Assembly (NCBI GenBank): GCA_017409005.1
Contig: JAFQTP010000002.1
Span: 162,943-226,942, forward strand
Source: Clostridia bacterium
Lineage (GTDB): Bacteria; Bacillota; Clostridia; Christensenellales; UBA1242
Direction of reading: 5' to 3'
Length of the DNA: 64,000 bases
Position 1 is the first letter of the stretch, and the number at the start of each line of letters is the position of its first letter. A program made the position numbers and the translations under genes. Shown here piece by piece: positions 36,776-46,227 of the stretch. The notes below the pieces were generated by a model. That model was not told the DNA's origin. It saw only the letters and a list, made by a program, of their open reading frames with translations, and ran no database searches.

Positions 36776-36813
36776 TTGTACAATAATAAAAATTTATAAT
36801 AAAATTTGTACAA
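36776..36813. promoter_or_regulatory. two palindromic ATTTGTACAA boxes upstream of the sRNA candidate promoter
   Basis: TTGTACAA at 36776-36783 and 36806-36813, 30 bp apart. The second box ends 5 nt before the -35. Confidence 0.4.
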
Positions 36814-36818
36814 AAATA

Positions 36819-36847
36819 TTTACAAAATTTTCCAAGTGTTGTATTAT
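36819..36847 (+). promoter_or_regulatory. promoter of sRNA candidate
   Basis: TTTACA (36819-36824), 17-nt spacer, TATTAT (36842-36847). Confidence 0.5.
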
Positions 36848-36853
36848 ATTAAC

Positions 36854-36990
36854 AGGAAAAACAAGCTCTTTAGTTCTTACTTGCTCCTTTTAGAGTAGTG
36901 CTAAACCTTTACCACCTTGTTTTTCCTATGGTAAATATTTTTTTAAATATTTCAAAAAAAGTGAACGGGGTACGAGCCGTTCACTTTTTT
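36854..36990 (+). ncRNA. candidate small RNA (promoter-to-terminator unit, no ORF)
   Basis: TTTACA-17 nt-TATTAT promoter at 36819-36847. Perfect 12-bp closing helix 36854-36865 / 36916-36927. Exposed CUCCUUU stretch. Terminator hairpin 36961-36984 plus T6. Confidence 0.45.
36954..36990. terminator. bidirectional terminator (ends the sRNA candidate and the minus-strand 94-aa gene transcript)
   Basis: GTGAACGG / CCGTTCAC stem, A7 before and T6 after. Confidence 0.75.
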
Positions 36991-37046
36991 GTTGGTTACG
37001 AATTATGCTTAAAATGACCAAATATAAATGTGCGTTATTAGATTTT

Positions 37047-37216
37047 TCGACTACGCCTTGCTCCGCTCAAAATGACATAGCGGAGGCTGTACGTTCATAA
37101 ATTTTTTAACTTCACTTACGTTTCGCTCAAAAATGACAGAGTAAATATAAACTAAGCGGTAATACCAGCAACCACGGTGTCAGTTCTAAAGCGTAGTCGA
37201 AGTATCTCGTGGTTGC
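37047..37216. other. GC-enriched structured element of unknown function
   Basis: 10-bp pairing TCGACTACGC (37047-37056) / GCGTAGTCGA (37191-37200). 9-bp pairing GCAACCACG (37168-37176) / CGTGGTTGC (37208-37216). Hairpin CTCCGCT (37061-37067) / AGCGGAG (37079-37085). Motif GCTCAAAA(A)TGACA occurs twice. Confidence 0.4.
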
Positions 37217-37283
37217 ATGGGCTAACATTGTTTTAAACTAATTAAAATTATTGTAATGCTTTTTACAGCAAATCTGGTTTTGC

Positions 37284-37568
37284 CTATAAATTATTAAGTA
37301 GTTCTAAAATTGAAGTTTTAACTGCTGAATTCAATTTATTGTTTGAAACAAATTGCCCAAAACAAAAACCAAACCATGCAGCTTCACGCATTTCAGAATT
37401 AACCAGCATGTCATATTTATCTTCAAGTTCAACTAACATTTGTTGTTGTTCAACATTTAGTAGAGTGCAAAGTTTATTACTAAATCTATTAATGTCTGCA
37501 ACTTCAGGCAAATCAGGCTTTCTTAAAAAATAGTAAAACATTAGTTTATCAACAAATTGCTTAAGCAT
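37284..37568 (-). CDS. small helical protein divergent from the XRE regulator (mobile-element type, DUF6809-like by memory)
   Basis: 94 aa with AAAGGAG RBS. Pattern L..EQ..L..L.D.......E..E.A.F.GF..G. Confidence 0.6.
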   Translation of the reverse strand: MLKQFVDKLMFYYFLRKPDLPEVADINRFSNKLCTLLNVEQQQMLVELEDKYDMLVNSEMREAAWFGFCFGQFVSNNKLNSAVKTSILELLNNL

Positions 37569-37638
37569 AATTAGTTCTCCTTTTTGCTTAACTTTAACAC
37601 AAGTAAATAAAAATTACTTACATATCCGAAAAACGTTA

Positions 37639-37717
37639 ATCTCATTTGAGATGGTTAGAATTATCATAATTATACTATCTCATTTGAGATAATGCAATTA
37701 ATTTTATCTCATTTGTG
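37639..37717. promoter_or_regulatory. three operator-like boxes ATCTCATTTGAGAT in the divergent XRE intergenic region
   Basis: Inverted-repeat boxes at 37639-37652 and 37677-37690, and a half-conserved box at 37706-37717. Box 2 overlaps the minus-strand TATAAT (about 37667-37672). Box 3 lies just upstream of the plus-strand TGTTAATAA (37716-37724). Confidence 0.6.
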
Positions 37718-37731
37718 TTAATAATATAATT

Positions 37732-37935
37732 ATGGAAATATTAAAAGAAAAAATTAAAGAATTAAGAATAGAAAAAGGTTTATCTCAAACAGCATTAGCA
37801 AAAAATATTGGTTTTAGTCAGAACGCTATTTCGCAATGGGAAAGTGGTAAGCGTGTTCCAGATGCAATAGCTGTTAAAGCACTAGCCAAATTTTTCGGTG
37901 TTAGTGCCGATTATTTATTAGGTTTAGAAAATTAA
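37732..37935 (+). CDS. XRE-family helix-turn-helix transcriptional regulator
   Basis: HTH LSQTALAKNIGFSQNAISQWESGKRVP. No SD sequence upstream of the ATG. Confidence 0.88.
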   Translation: MEILKEKIKELRIEKGLSQTALAKNIGFSQNAISQWESGKRVPDAIAVKALAKFFGVSADYLLGLEN

Positions 37936-37969
37936 ATTGCCAAATTTTCTTAAAAATGTAAACACGGTT

Positions 37970-38001
37970 AAAAAAGTCCGCAAAACGCGGACTTTTTGTT
38001 T
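37970..38001. terminator. bidirectional terminator
   Basis: AGTCCGC / GCGGACT stem with flanking A and T runs. Confidence 0.8.
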
Positions 38002-38022
38002 TTATAATTTTCAGTTTTGTAA

Positions 38023-40659
38023 TTACTCAGTTCTAAGTGCTTTAACTGGGTCTTTTTTAGCTGCAACGCGTGATGGAATTAATCCGGAAATTAATGTTAA
38101 AATTGTGCTAATTGCAACTAATGCAAGGGCATGAAGTGGGTTTAGCACTGCTAAGCTGGTTGTAACTGCACCACCTGCCACAGCTTTAATAATTGCACTA
38201 ATAATTGGGCATAAAATATAAGTTATTCCAATACCAATTAGTCCAGCGCCAAAACCAATAATAAATGTTTCGGAATTAAACACCCTTGAAATGTCTTTCT
38301 TTCTTGCGCCAATGCTTCTAAGCACACCAATTTCTTTGGTTCGCTCAATAACGCTTGCATAGGTTAACACGCCAATCATAACCGAACTAACAATTAAACT
38401 AATGCTTGCAAATGCAACTAAAACATAACTAATAATGTTAATTAATTGACCTAATGTGTTAGTTAAAAATTCGGAAGTGTCAAAATATAGAATTTTCTGA
38501 TTTTTGTTTGTTAACTTGCTATTATAATTATCAATAAAATCTAAAACCGATTCTTTTGCGTCGAATGTTTTAGGGTAGAATATAATGCTAATAGGCGTTT
38601 CGCTAATTCCTATTTGTTGCATTGCTAGGTCAAAAGCTTCGTCGTTGGTTAAAGTGTAGTTAAATGTTGCATATAAAAGTTGATTAATTTCGTTTACACT
38701 TGTAAATGGTCCAAACTTGTTAAAACCAGTAATGTTTAATGTGTAAGGAACAAAGAATGTGTAATCAGATTTAACTTCTAATTGTTTTTGTGCAATAACC
38801 GATTCGCGGCAATTTTGTAAATAGAAATCTTTAAAGGTTGGGTCAAATGCAATGCCTGTGCTAAGCAAACTTGAAGTTGCATTATCTTTAAGCCTTAAAA
38901 TGCCACTAATTTTTAGTGTTACGCTAGAGTTGTCGTAAAGTTCTTTTCTAACACTTTGTTTGTTTGTTTCGGCAACACTAAACGAAGTTATGTCGCCATA
39001 TGTTTGGCTGTTAGGAATATAATAATCGTCATTAAACACAACCTTGTATTCTTTGCCAATAATATCGTTAAAACTAATTGGGTCGAAAGTTGTGTTTTGG
39101 TCGTGCGAAACAGGGTTAAATCCTAACAACATTAGTGTTGAATATGTAAGTTTGTTTCCTTTGTCAACAATTAAAACCATGTCGGTTGAATATTCTTGTC
39201 CGCTTTTAACTTTTGGCATTTCGCCGGCAATAACATCGTATTGGCTTAAAATATAATCTTGGTTGCTTAGTAGTGGGTAGAATGTAGGATTTGAAACCGC
39301 CGACATAATGTTAACCGAGTTTGAATTTTGATAGTAGTTATATATATCATCGGTTGTGTCGGTTGGTGTAGAGTCGTCTTGTTTATAAACAAGTTTTAGT
39401 GGAGTGTAGTAGTTATATTCAACGGTGTTAAACTCGCGGTTGTCGCCTTTTTCTTTGTCGTTTTTATCAAACTCTTTAATTTGTTTCATGAATTCAGAAG
39501 TAAACGAATTATAGTGCCCATATTGTGTTAATTGGCTCATTGGATTATAAGGCATAACAATGTTTTTGTCTGAATAATCTTCGTCGTTTGATAGGTCATC
39601 GGGATTAATGCTGTTTAATTTGTCGGTGTTTACCGAAATTGATTGAATTGCCATTGGCGAACTTCCTAACGCACCGCTTTGCATATCGTTAATATAGCCA
39701 GTAAATCCGTTAGAAATAGCTAAAACTAGGGCAACTCCAATAATGCCAATGCTTCCGGCAAACGAGGTCATAATGGTGCGACCTTTTTTGCTTAGCAAGT
39801 TTTTACCCGATAAACTTAGGGCTGTTCCATAACCCATTGCACTATTACTGCGTTTAAACAAAGGTTTTTTCTTGCGTTTTGGTTTTGTTTGCTTTTCGGT
39901 GTTATCAACAGCAAATTCAACGTCGCCAAGTTCGTGTTCAACTTCTAACCTTTCAATTTCTTCTTTTCCAAAAGTTTCTAAATTAAATGGGTTGTTGTCG
40001 TCGGTAATGTTTCCGTCCATCATGGTAATAATGCGGTTGCTATATTCGTGTGCAATATCGGCATTGTGTGTAACCATAATAATTAACTTATTTTCGGAAA
40101 TACGTTTTAAAATGTTCATAACCTGAACGCTTGTTTTGCTATCCAATGCACCAGTTGGTTCGTCGGCTAAAATAATGTCGGGGTCGTTAACTAAAGCCCT
40201 GGCAATTGCAACACGTTGCATTTGTCCGCCACTTAGTTGGTTTGGTTTTTTGCTTGCTTGGTCTTTAAGCCCAACTTCTTTAAGTGCAGCAAGAGCACGT
40301 TCGCGGCGTTCCTTACGGCTAACACCGCTTAAACTAAGTGCAAGTTCAACGTTTGCAACAACGCTTAGGTGTGAAATTAAATTGTAGCTTTGAAAAACGA
40401 AACCAATTTTATGGTTGCGGTATGTATCCCAATCGCTATCTTTAAAATCTTTTGTTGATTTTCCGTTAATAACAAGGTCGCCAGAAGTGTAGCGGTCTAA
40501 ACCACCAACAATGTTAAGTAAAGTTGTTTTACCACATCCACTAGGGCCCAAAATTGAAACAAATTCCGATTGTCTAAAATCGATATTAATTCCTTTTAAT
40601 GCTTTAACAACGGTGTCGCCAGCAACATAGTCTTTAACAATGTTTTTAAGTTGTAGCAT
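38023..40659 (-). CDS. fused ABC transporter: MacB/LolD-type ATPase plus FtsX-type permease with a large extracytoplasmic domain
   Basis: [37 protein letters not shown] at about residue 300, a roughly 400-aa hydrophilic loop, then a C-terminal FtsX-like 3-TM bundle. Confidence 0.88.
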   Translation of the reverse strand: MLQLKNIVKDYVAGDTVVKALKGINIDFRQSEFVSILGPSGCGKTTLLNIVGGLDRYTSGDLVINGKSTKDFKDSDWDTYRNHKIGFVFQSYNLISHLSVVANVELALSLSGVSRKERRERALAALKEVGLKDQASKKPNQLSGGQMQRVAIARALVNDPDIILADEPTGALDSKTSVQVMNILKRISENKLIIMVTHNADIAHEYSNRIITMMDGNITDDNNPFNLETFGKEEIERLEVEHELGDVEFAVDNTEKQTKPKRKKKPLFKRSNSAMGYGTALSLSGKNLLSKKGRTIMTSFAGSIGIIGVALVLAISNGFTGYINDMQSGALGSSPMAIQSISVNTDKLNSINPDDLSNDEDYSDKNIVMPYNPMSQLTQYGHYNSFTSEFMKQIKEFDKNDKEKGDNREFNTVEYNYYTPLKLVYKQDDSTPTDTTDDIYNYYQNSNSVNIMSAVSNPTFYPLLSNQDYILSQYDVIAGEMPKVKSGQEYSTDMVLIVDKGNKLTYSTLMLLGFNPVSHDQNTTFDPISFNDIIGKEYKVVFNDDYYIPNSQTYGDITSFSVAETNKQSVRKELYDNSSVTLKISGILRLKDNATSSLLSTGIAFDPTFKDFYLQNCRESVIAQKQLEVKSDYTFFVPYTLNITGFNKFGPFTSVNEINQLLYATFNYTLTNDEAFDLAMQQIGISETPISIIFYPKTFDAKESVLDFIDNYNSKLTNKNQKILYFDTSEFLTNTLGQLINIISYVLVAFASISLIVSSVMIGVLTYASVIERTKEIGVLRSIGARKKDISRVFNSETFIIGFGAGLIGIGITYILCPIISAIIKAVAGGAVTTSLAVLNPLHALALVAISTILTLISGLIPSRVAAKKDPVKALRTE

Positions 40660-40917
40660 TAATGTTCTCCTTTATGTGTTTATAGTTTAATTAGGTGTGT
40701 TTATAAAACACTAACCCTTAATAATTGTATGCAATGTTATTTTAGCATAATAACATAAAAATTAAAAGTACTACAAAAACATTAACTATACTTTATTAAA
40801 ATAATTAAATATATAAAAATATTTGAAAATTAAACAACTTTTTTAAGTTTGCCTCTTGAAATTTTTAAATTTGAGGTTATACTAAAAACACACTAAACTA
40901 AAAGGGAGGTAAAAGTT

Positions 40918-41709
40918 ATGGCAAAATTTGTGGGTGGTTATGAAATTACTGCCGAATGTGCACTAAAAGTTGTTAAACGAATTAACAAACTAAACCATGG
41001 TCATTGCGAGTTTTACAGATATGCATATAATAAAAATGGCGAACTATTTGTAATCTATAATAACAGACACGATATTATTGCCGAAACTTTTATTCCTGGC
41101 ACAGTTATAACCGAAGATGGTAGAGAGGTTACATCGTTAACTCCAAAAACAATTGCAAAAGCAAAAATTGAAGTTGGTAAAAAAAGTAAAGTTGCACATT
41201 TAGGCAGAATTGATGTTTATAAAGGTTTCGATGGTCAAGGTATTGGTTCTGAAATTTTAACTTATTTCGAAAGTTATTGTGCACTAAAAAAGATTAAAGC
41301 AACAACACTAGATTGTTTGCAAACATTCACCGACGGAACAACAACCATTGTTTATAGGGGCGAACGCGACGATAAACGCGCTTTAGAGGAACTTAGAAGA
41401 AAAAGCCAACGTGTTATCGATAAAAACAAGGCTTTTTACATTAAAAATGGCTACGAAGTTCAACGCGGCAGAGAGCCTCAAAACGATTATTTAATTCCAA
41501 TGGTTAAAACTCACTTGGTTTATAAAAAGCCTGCTGTTAGGCACATTGGACAAACATTTAGAAAGTGTAGGCTTAAACGTGGTGCTATTAAAGGTGGAAC
41601 AAAATTTAAAAATGGCAGTGGTGCAAGGCTTGCTGAAATGTTTGAAAAATGTAAACGCACTCAGCCAATTGCTTCGCCATTCATTGTGTATGGAGCAAAA
41701 CAACTATAA
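40918..41709 (+). CDS. hypothetical protein, possible GNAT-like core
   Basis: GGGAGG RBS. Segment GRIDVYKGFDGQGIGSEILTYFESYC resembles acetyl-CoA-binding motif A. Confidence 0.55.
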   Translation: MAKFVGGYEITAECALKVVKRINKLNHGHCEFYRYAYNKNGELFVIYNNRHDIIAETFIPGTVITEDGREVTSLTPKTIAKAKIEVGKKSKVAHLGRIDVYKGFDGQGIGSEILTYFESYCALKKIKATTLDCLQTFTDGTTTIVYRGERDDKRALEELRRKSQRVIDKNKAFYIKNGYEVQRGREPQNDYLIPMVKTHLVYKKPAVRHIGQTFRKCRLKRGAIKGGTKFKNGSGARLAEMFEKCKRTQPIASPFIVYGAKQL

Positions 41710-41824
41710 TAAAAAACTAAAGAAATTGGTATTTTAGCCAGTTTCTTTTTTTAAAATTAAAAAACACTTTTTATAAATGCAAAATAATAGTAAAATATTT
41801 ATGATTTTAGTTGCGAGGTTTTTT

Positions 41825-42982
41825 ATGCAAAACAACAACATTTTAATTATTGGTGGCGGAGCAAGTGGGCTTATGTGTGCCTTAACTGCTTGTAAAAACG
41901 GAAAAAGTGTAACCATTTTAGAGGGGGCTTTTAAAGTTGGTAAAAAAATTTTAGCAAGTGGCAATGGCAGATGCAACTTAACAAATAAAAACATTACTAA
42001 AGCTTGTTACAATAATTTTCCAGTTCAATTAAATAAGTTTAATAACACGCAAACCATAAAACTGTTCGAAAGCCTAGGGCTTGAAACCTATTTCGACGAC
42101 GAGGGCAGGTGCTATCCGGTTTCAAACCATTCTTCTTCAGTTTTAGAAGTGTTAATTAATGCTTTAAAAAACCACAACTGCAACATTATAACAAATTGCA
42201 TGGTTAAAAACATTACAAAACAAAATGATGTTTTTAGTGTTGAAAGCAGCCAAGGGGTGTTTAATGCAAATAAAGTTGTGGTTGCAACGGGTGGAAACAC
42301 CATGGTAAATATTTTAAAAGGGTTTAACATTAGTTTTAAAAAATTCATGCCATCGTTGTGCGGTTTAAAAACTTCCGAAAACACAAAACTTGTTGCAGGC
42401 ATTAGGCAAAATGCATTAGTTACGCTTTCTACACCAAACTTTAATTATTCCGAAGAGGGCGAAATTATTTTTAGGGAAGATGGCGTAAGTGGAATTTGCA
42501 TATTTAATTTATCTAGCAAACTTAATTGGTTTGGTTTAGCAAAAGCAACACTTAGTTTAAACTTGTTGCCAAACAAAACTATTGAACAAATTTTAGCCAT
42601 GCTTGAATCTAGAAAACAAAAACTATCAACCTTAAATGCAATTAATTTTTTTGACGGATTGTTTATTAACAACTTGGGTCAAGAAATTTTAAATAGGGCA
42701 AAAATTAGTTTGCAAACACCGGTTTCAAAACTAACCGATAAAAATTTAATAACTCTTGCTAAAACAATTATGGCACTTAAATTTAATGTGGTTGGCATGC
42801 TTGCAAACAATCAGGTGCACCATGGTGGTGTGCAACTGTCGGAATTAACTAACAACCTAGAATGTAAAAAAATATCTGGTTTATATGTTTGCGGTGAGGT
42901 TGTTAACGTTGATGGTGTGTGCGGTGGATATAATTTGCAATGGGCTTGGAGCAGCGGACACGCTGTTGGTGAAAGTTTATGA
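41825..42982 (+). CDS. HI0933/BaiN-family FAD-binding protein
   Basis: NILIIGGGASGLMCA dinucleotide fold and C-terminal GEVVNVDGVCGGYNLQWAWSSG. Start moved to the ATG at 41825 (GAGG RBS). Confidence 0.8.
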   Translation: MQNNNILIIGGGASGLMCALTACKNGKSVTILEGAFKVGKKILASGNGRCNLTNKNITKACYNNFPVQLNKFNNTQTIKLFESLGLETYFDDEGRCYPVSNHSSSVLEVLINALKNHNCNIITNCMVKNITKQNDVFSVESSQGVFNANKVVVATGGNTMVNILKGFNISFKKFMPSLCGLKTSENTKLVAGIRQNALVTLSTPNFNYSEEGEIIFREDGVSGICIFNLSSKLNWFGLAKATLSLNLLPNKTIEQILAMLESRKQKLSTLNAINFFDGLFINNLGQEILNRAKISLQTPVSKLTDKNLITLAKTIMALKFNVVGMLANNQVHHGGVQLSELTNNLECKKISGLYVCGEVVNVDGVCGGYNLQWAWSSGHAVGESL

Positions 42983-44547
42983 TTAAATTAGATAACCTAA
43001 CGCTTAAACCAGGTTTTACAAAAGCCGATGTAATTACTCTTGTTGCAAAAACATTAAAGGTAGATAAAAGTAAAATTGAAAATGTTGTTTACCTAAAACA
43101 ATCAGTTGATGCAAGGCGAAAACCGGATGTTAAAATTATTTTAAGTGTTGCGGTTTTAGTTAAAGGCGTAACACAAATTAAAGGATATGAAAATGTTGAA
43201 CCAGATTTTTCTGGTTTAACCTATAATAAAATAAAAAGTAAATTAAGCCCAGTTGTTGTTGGGTTTGGTCCGGCCGGAATGTTTGCAGCTCTTGGCCTTG
43301 CAATTATGGGATTAAAACCAATTGTTGTTGAGCAAGGCAAGTGTGTTTCTGAACGCGAAGCCGAGGTTTATAAATTTTGGCAAACTGGAGTTTTAAACCC
43401 TAACTGCAATGTTCAATTTGGCGAGGGTGGCGCTGGAACTTTTAGCGATGGCAAACTTAACACAAATTTAAATAATGCCTATTGTAAAAAGGTTATAAAT
43501 CAATTTGTTTTGTGTGGCGCACCTAAAGAAATTGCTTACATTAACAAACCTCACATTGGCACCGACAACCTAAAAGTGGTTGTTAAAAACATTCGAAATA
43601 AAATTATTGATTTGGGCGGACAAGTATTATTTAATACACAATTTGTTGATTATAAAACGCAAAATGGCAATTTAAGTGCGGTTATTGTCAAAAACCTACT
43701 AGATAATAAAACAACTGAAATTAAAACAGATAATGTTGTGTTGGCTGTTGGGCATAGCGCAAGGCAAACTTTTAACACTTTGTTTAATAGTGGTTTAGAG
43801 TTTAAACAAAAGCCATTTGCCATGGGTGTTAGAATTGAGCAAAGCCAAGCAGATGTTAATGTTAGCCAATATGGCTCAAATAATTTACCACTTCCTAATG
43901 CCGATTATAAACTTGCAGTTCATTTACCAAACGGACGTAGTGTGTTTACGTTTTGTATGTGTCCTGGTGGTGTTGTGGTTAATAGTTCGTCTGAGCCAAA
44001 TGCAATAGTAACTAACGGCATGAGTTATTTTGCTCGCGATGGCAAAAATGCAAATAGTGCTGTTTTGGTAAATGTATTACCATCAGACTTTGAAAGCAAC
44101 CACCCACTTGCCGGATTAAAGTTTCAACAAAAATACGAAGAACTTGCATTTAGTTTAACTGGTAAACAAATTTGCCCAGCTCAAAGTGTTGGCGAGTTTT
44201 TAACTGGTAAAAAGCCAACCAAAGTTTTAACCACAAGTTTGCCAGTTGAGTTTTGCGAAATCAAAAAATGTTTGCCAAGTTTTGTTGCCGAAAGTTTAAT
44301 GCTTGGTTTGCCAGAACTAAACAAAAAACTAAAAAATTTTGCAGCACCACAAAATGTGTTGGTTGCACTTGAAAGCCGAAGCAGTAGCCCAGTAACCATG
44401 GTAAGAAACGAAACCATGCAAGCAAACGTTAACGGAATTTATCCGTGTGGTGAAGGTGCAGGATATGCTGGCGGAATTATTAGTAGTGCTGTAGATGGAA
44501 TTAAAGTTGCCGAGGCAATTTATAAAAAATGTGGTGGTATGCTTTAA
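42979..44547 (+). CDS. FAD-dependent oxidoreductase (COG2509-like)
   Basis: VVVGFGPAGMFAA fold and C-terminal YPCGEGAGYAGGI. ATGA overlap with the upstream gene. Confidence 0.8.
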   Translation: MIKLDNLTLKPGFTKADVITLVAKTLKVDKSKIENVVYLKQSVDARRKPDVKIILSVAVLVKGVTQIKGYENVEPDFSGLTYNKIKSKLSPVVVGFGPAGMFAALGLAIMGLKPIVVEQGKCVSEREAEVYKFWQTGVLNPNCNVQFGEGGAGTFSDGKLNTNLNNAYCKKVINQFVLCGAPKEIAYINKPHIGTDNLKVVVKNIRNKIIDLGGQVLFNTQFVDYKTQNGNLSAVIVKNLLDNKTTEIKTDNVVLAVGHSARQTFNTLFNSGLEFKQKPFAMGVRIEQSQADVNVSQYGSNNLPLPNADYKLAVHLPNGRSVFTFCMCPGGVVVNSSSEPNAIVTNGMSYFARDGKNANSAVLVNVLPSDFESNHPLAGLKFQQKYEELAFSLTGKQICPAQSVGEFLTGKKPTKVLTTSLPVEFCEIKKCLPSFVAESLMLGLPELNKKLKNFAAPQNVLVALESRSSSPVTMVRNETMQANVNGIYPCGEGAGYAGGIISSAVDGIKVAEAIYKKCGGML

Positions 44548-44580
44548 GTAAATTACTTTTAATATAAATTAAAACCAAAT

Positions 44581-44620
44581 AAAAAACACAACACGAAAAA
44601 GGTGTTGTGTTTTGTTTTTT
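44581..44620. terminator. bidirectional terminator
   Basis: ACACAACAC / GTGTTGTGT stem with flanking A and T runs. Confidence 0.8.
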
Positions 44621-46007
44621 ATTTTTTAATAAATTCGGCGTTTAGAGTTTTAGTTAACTCTTCGGTTTTAGGTTTGTCGGTTGTTTCACTACTAACAATT
44701 AAATTAGAGTAATTTGTTTTGTTAATTGAATCGGCCTTTCGGTCAATACGTTTCCAGGTTACTTCTTTTTTTAGAATTGCAACAAACGCAATTGGTAACC
44801 ATGTTCCCATAAATAGAGGGTTTAAAATAATTGTTTTAACTGCGTTCCAAGGTTTTAAATTTATTTTATGGTGCACATATTCAGCAATAACCATTGCTGC
44901 TGTGTAACACATTAAAAAAACATAAATGCCTAAAATTGCAAAACCAAAGTTTTTAAACGCCGCTTGCCAAAGCACGGCATCAACGCCAATGCTTGCACCA
45001 ACAATTCCCATAATTAAAGTTAGTAAACAATAAATAATAATTGTTGCAAGCGGAATGGCTATTGGAATAATACTAAGCCCAAATTCAAATCTGCCAAATC
45101 GATTTTCTTTTGAATAAAGCGAACTTTTAAGTAGTTGTTTCGAATATTTTTTGGTTACTTGCATGTGGCCCTTAATCCACCTAATGCGTTGGTTCCAGCT
45201 AACTTTTAAACTAAGCGGTTGTTCGTCAAAATGTTCGGTGTTTTCGTTATAGGCACCTTTAATTCCGTTTAAAACAGCATAATTGCTAATTTCGGCGTCT
45301 TCTGTAAGTGTTTGAAATGGCCAACCACCAAGTTCGTGTAAAACCCTTGCCGCAATGTAAAAACCAGTTCCGCTAACCAACACGTTTTGGTTAAACCTTG
45401 CTCTGCATTTGTTTTGAAATGTGTTAACCATGCTAAAGGTTAGTGCACTGCAACTGCTAATCCAACCATCGTTCCAGTTTTTAGCGTTCCTATAACTTAT
45501 TGCAAGTTCGTATCCAGCGTCAAACGTCTTGTTCATTTCAGTAAAAAAGTTTGATTTAAGGGTGTTGTCGGCATCAAAAATAAAATATGCTTCGTATCCC
45601 TTTTCTTTTGCAATTCCGGTGTTAATTAGATGTTTTAAAATGTGGTCTAGGGCACCACCTTTGCTTTTAACTTTTAAATCTGGCCTAACAAACGGCGTAA
45701 CATTTTCATATTTTTTGCAGATTTCAATTGTTGGGTCGTCGGGGCTTTCAACAATAACGTAAGCATCAATTAATTCTTTTGGGTAGTCTTGCTCTTGCAA
45801 GCTTTTTAAAATTCCCTCAATAACCGAACTTTCATATCTTGCTGGAATTAGTACAGCAAAGCGGTGATTTTCTTTTGCTTCAGGGAACTTAACTGCAGGC
45901 ATTAACCCATAAACATGATAAAAAATTTTGTAAATAAGCAGCACAACGGAAATTGATAGTAGTGCAATTAAACACCAATTAATAATGTCTAAAATTGTAG
46001 CAAACAT
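44619..46007 (-). CDS. membrane-embedded processive family-2 glycosyltransferase
   Basis: N-terminal TM, DxD-type FIFDADN, QRIRW (QxxRW) motif, four C-terminal TM helices. Confidence 0.8.
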   Translation of the reverse strand: MFATILDIINWCLIALLSISVVLLIYKIFYHVYGLMPAVKFPEAKENHRFAVLIPARYESSVIEGILKSLQEQDYPKELIDAYVIVESPDDPTIEICKKYENVTPFVRPDLKVKSKGGALDHILKHLINTGIAKEKGYEAYFIFDADNTLKSNFFTEMNKTFDAGYELAISYRNAKNWNDGWISSCSALTFSMVNTFQNKCRARFNQNVLVSGTGFYIAARVLHELGGWPFQTLTEDAEISNYAVLNGIKGAYNENTEHFDEQPLSLKVSWNQRIRWIKGHMQVTKKYSKQLLKSSLYSKENRFGRFEFGLSIIPIAIPLATIIIYCLLTLIMGIVGASIGVDAVLWQAAFKNFGFAILGIYVFLMCYTAAMVIAEYVHHKINLKPWNAVKTIILNPLFMGTWLPIAFVAILKKEVTWKRIDRKADSINKTNYSNLIVSSETTDKPKTEELTKTLNAEFIKK

Positions 46008-46227
46008 AATAGTCCTCTAATTAAAATTTAACTTTTAATCATATTTCCCATTTTTAGCAATTTTAGTATAGTTACTTTTTTTAATGTTGTAAACTAAATT
46101 TAACAAGAAGTGTCCCCATTGCAACACTAAAATTAAAAAATCTAACAATTTAGTAGTGTTTGTAATAAAAAAACCACCAAAATTAAATGGTGGTTTTGTT
46201 TTTATTATAAATTATTTATTTTTTAAC

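Noticed and set aside
36854-37216. Retron-like reading: the 12-bp inverted repeat 36854-36865/36916-36927 as a1/a2 arms, with nearby hairpins as msr/msd.
   Set aside because: No reverse transcriptase ORF (no YxDD-type motif) exists anywhere in the window. The inverted repeat is followed by its own terminator.
37937-38134. 65-aa plus-strand ORF after the XRE gene.
   Set aside because: It runs through the bidirectional terminator and into the 3' end of the ABC gene on the opposite strand, with no RBS.
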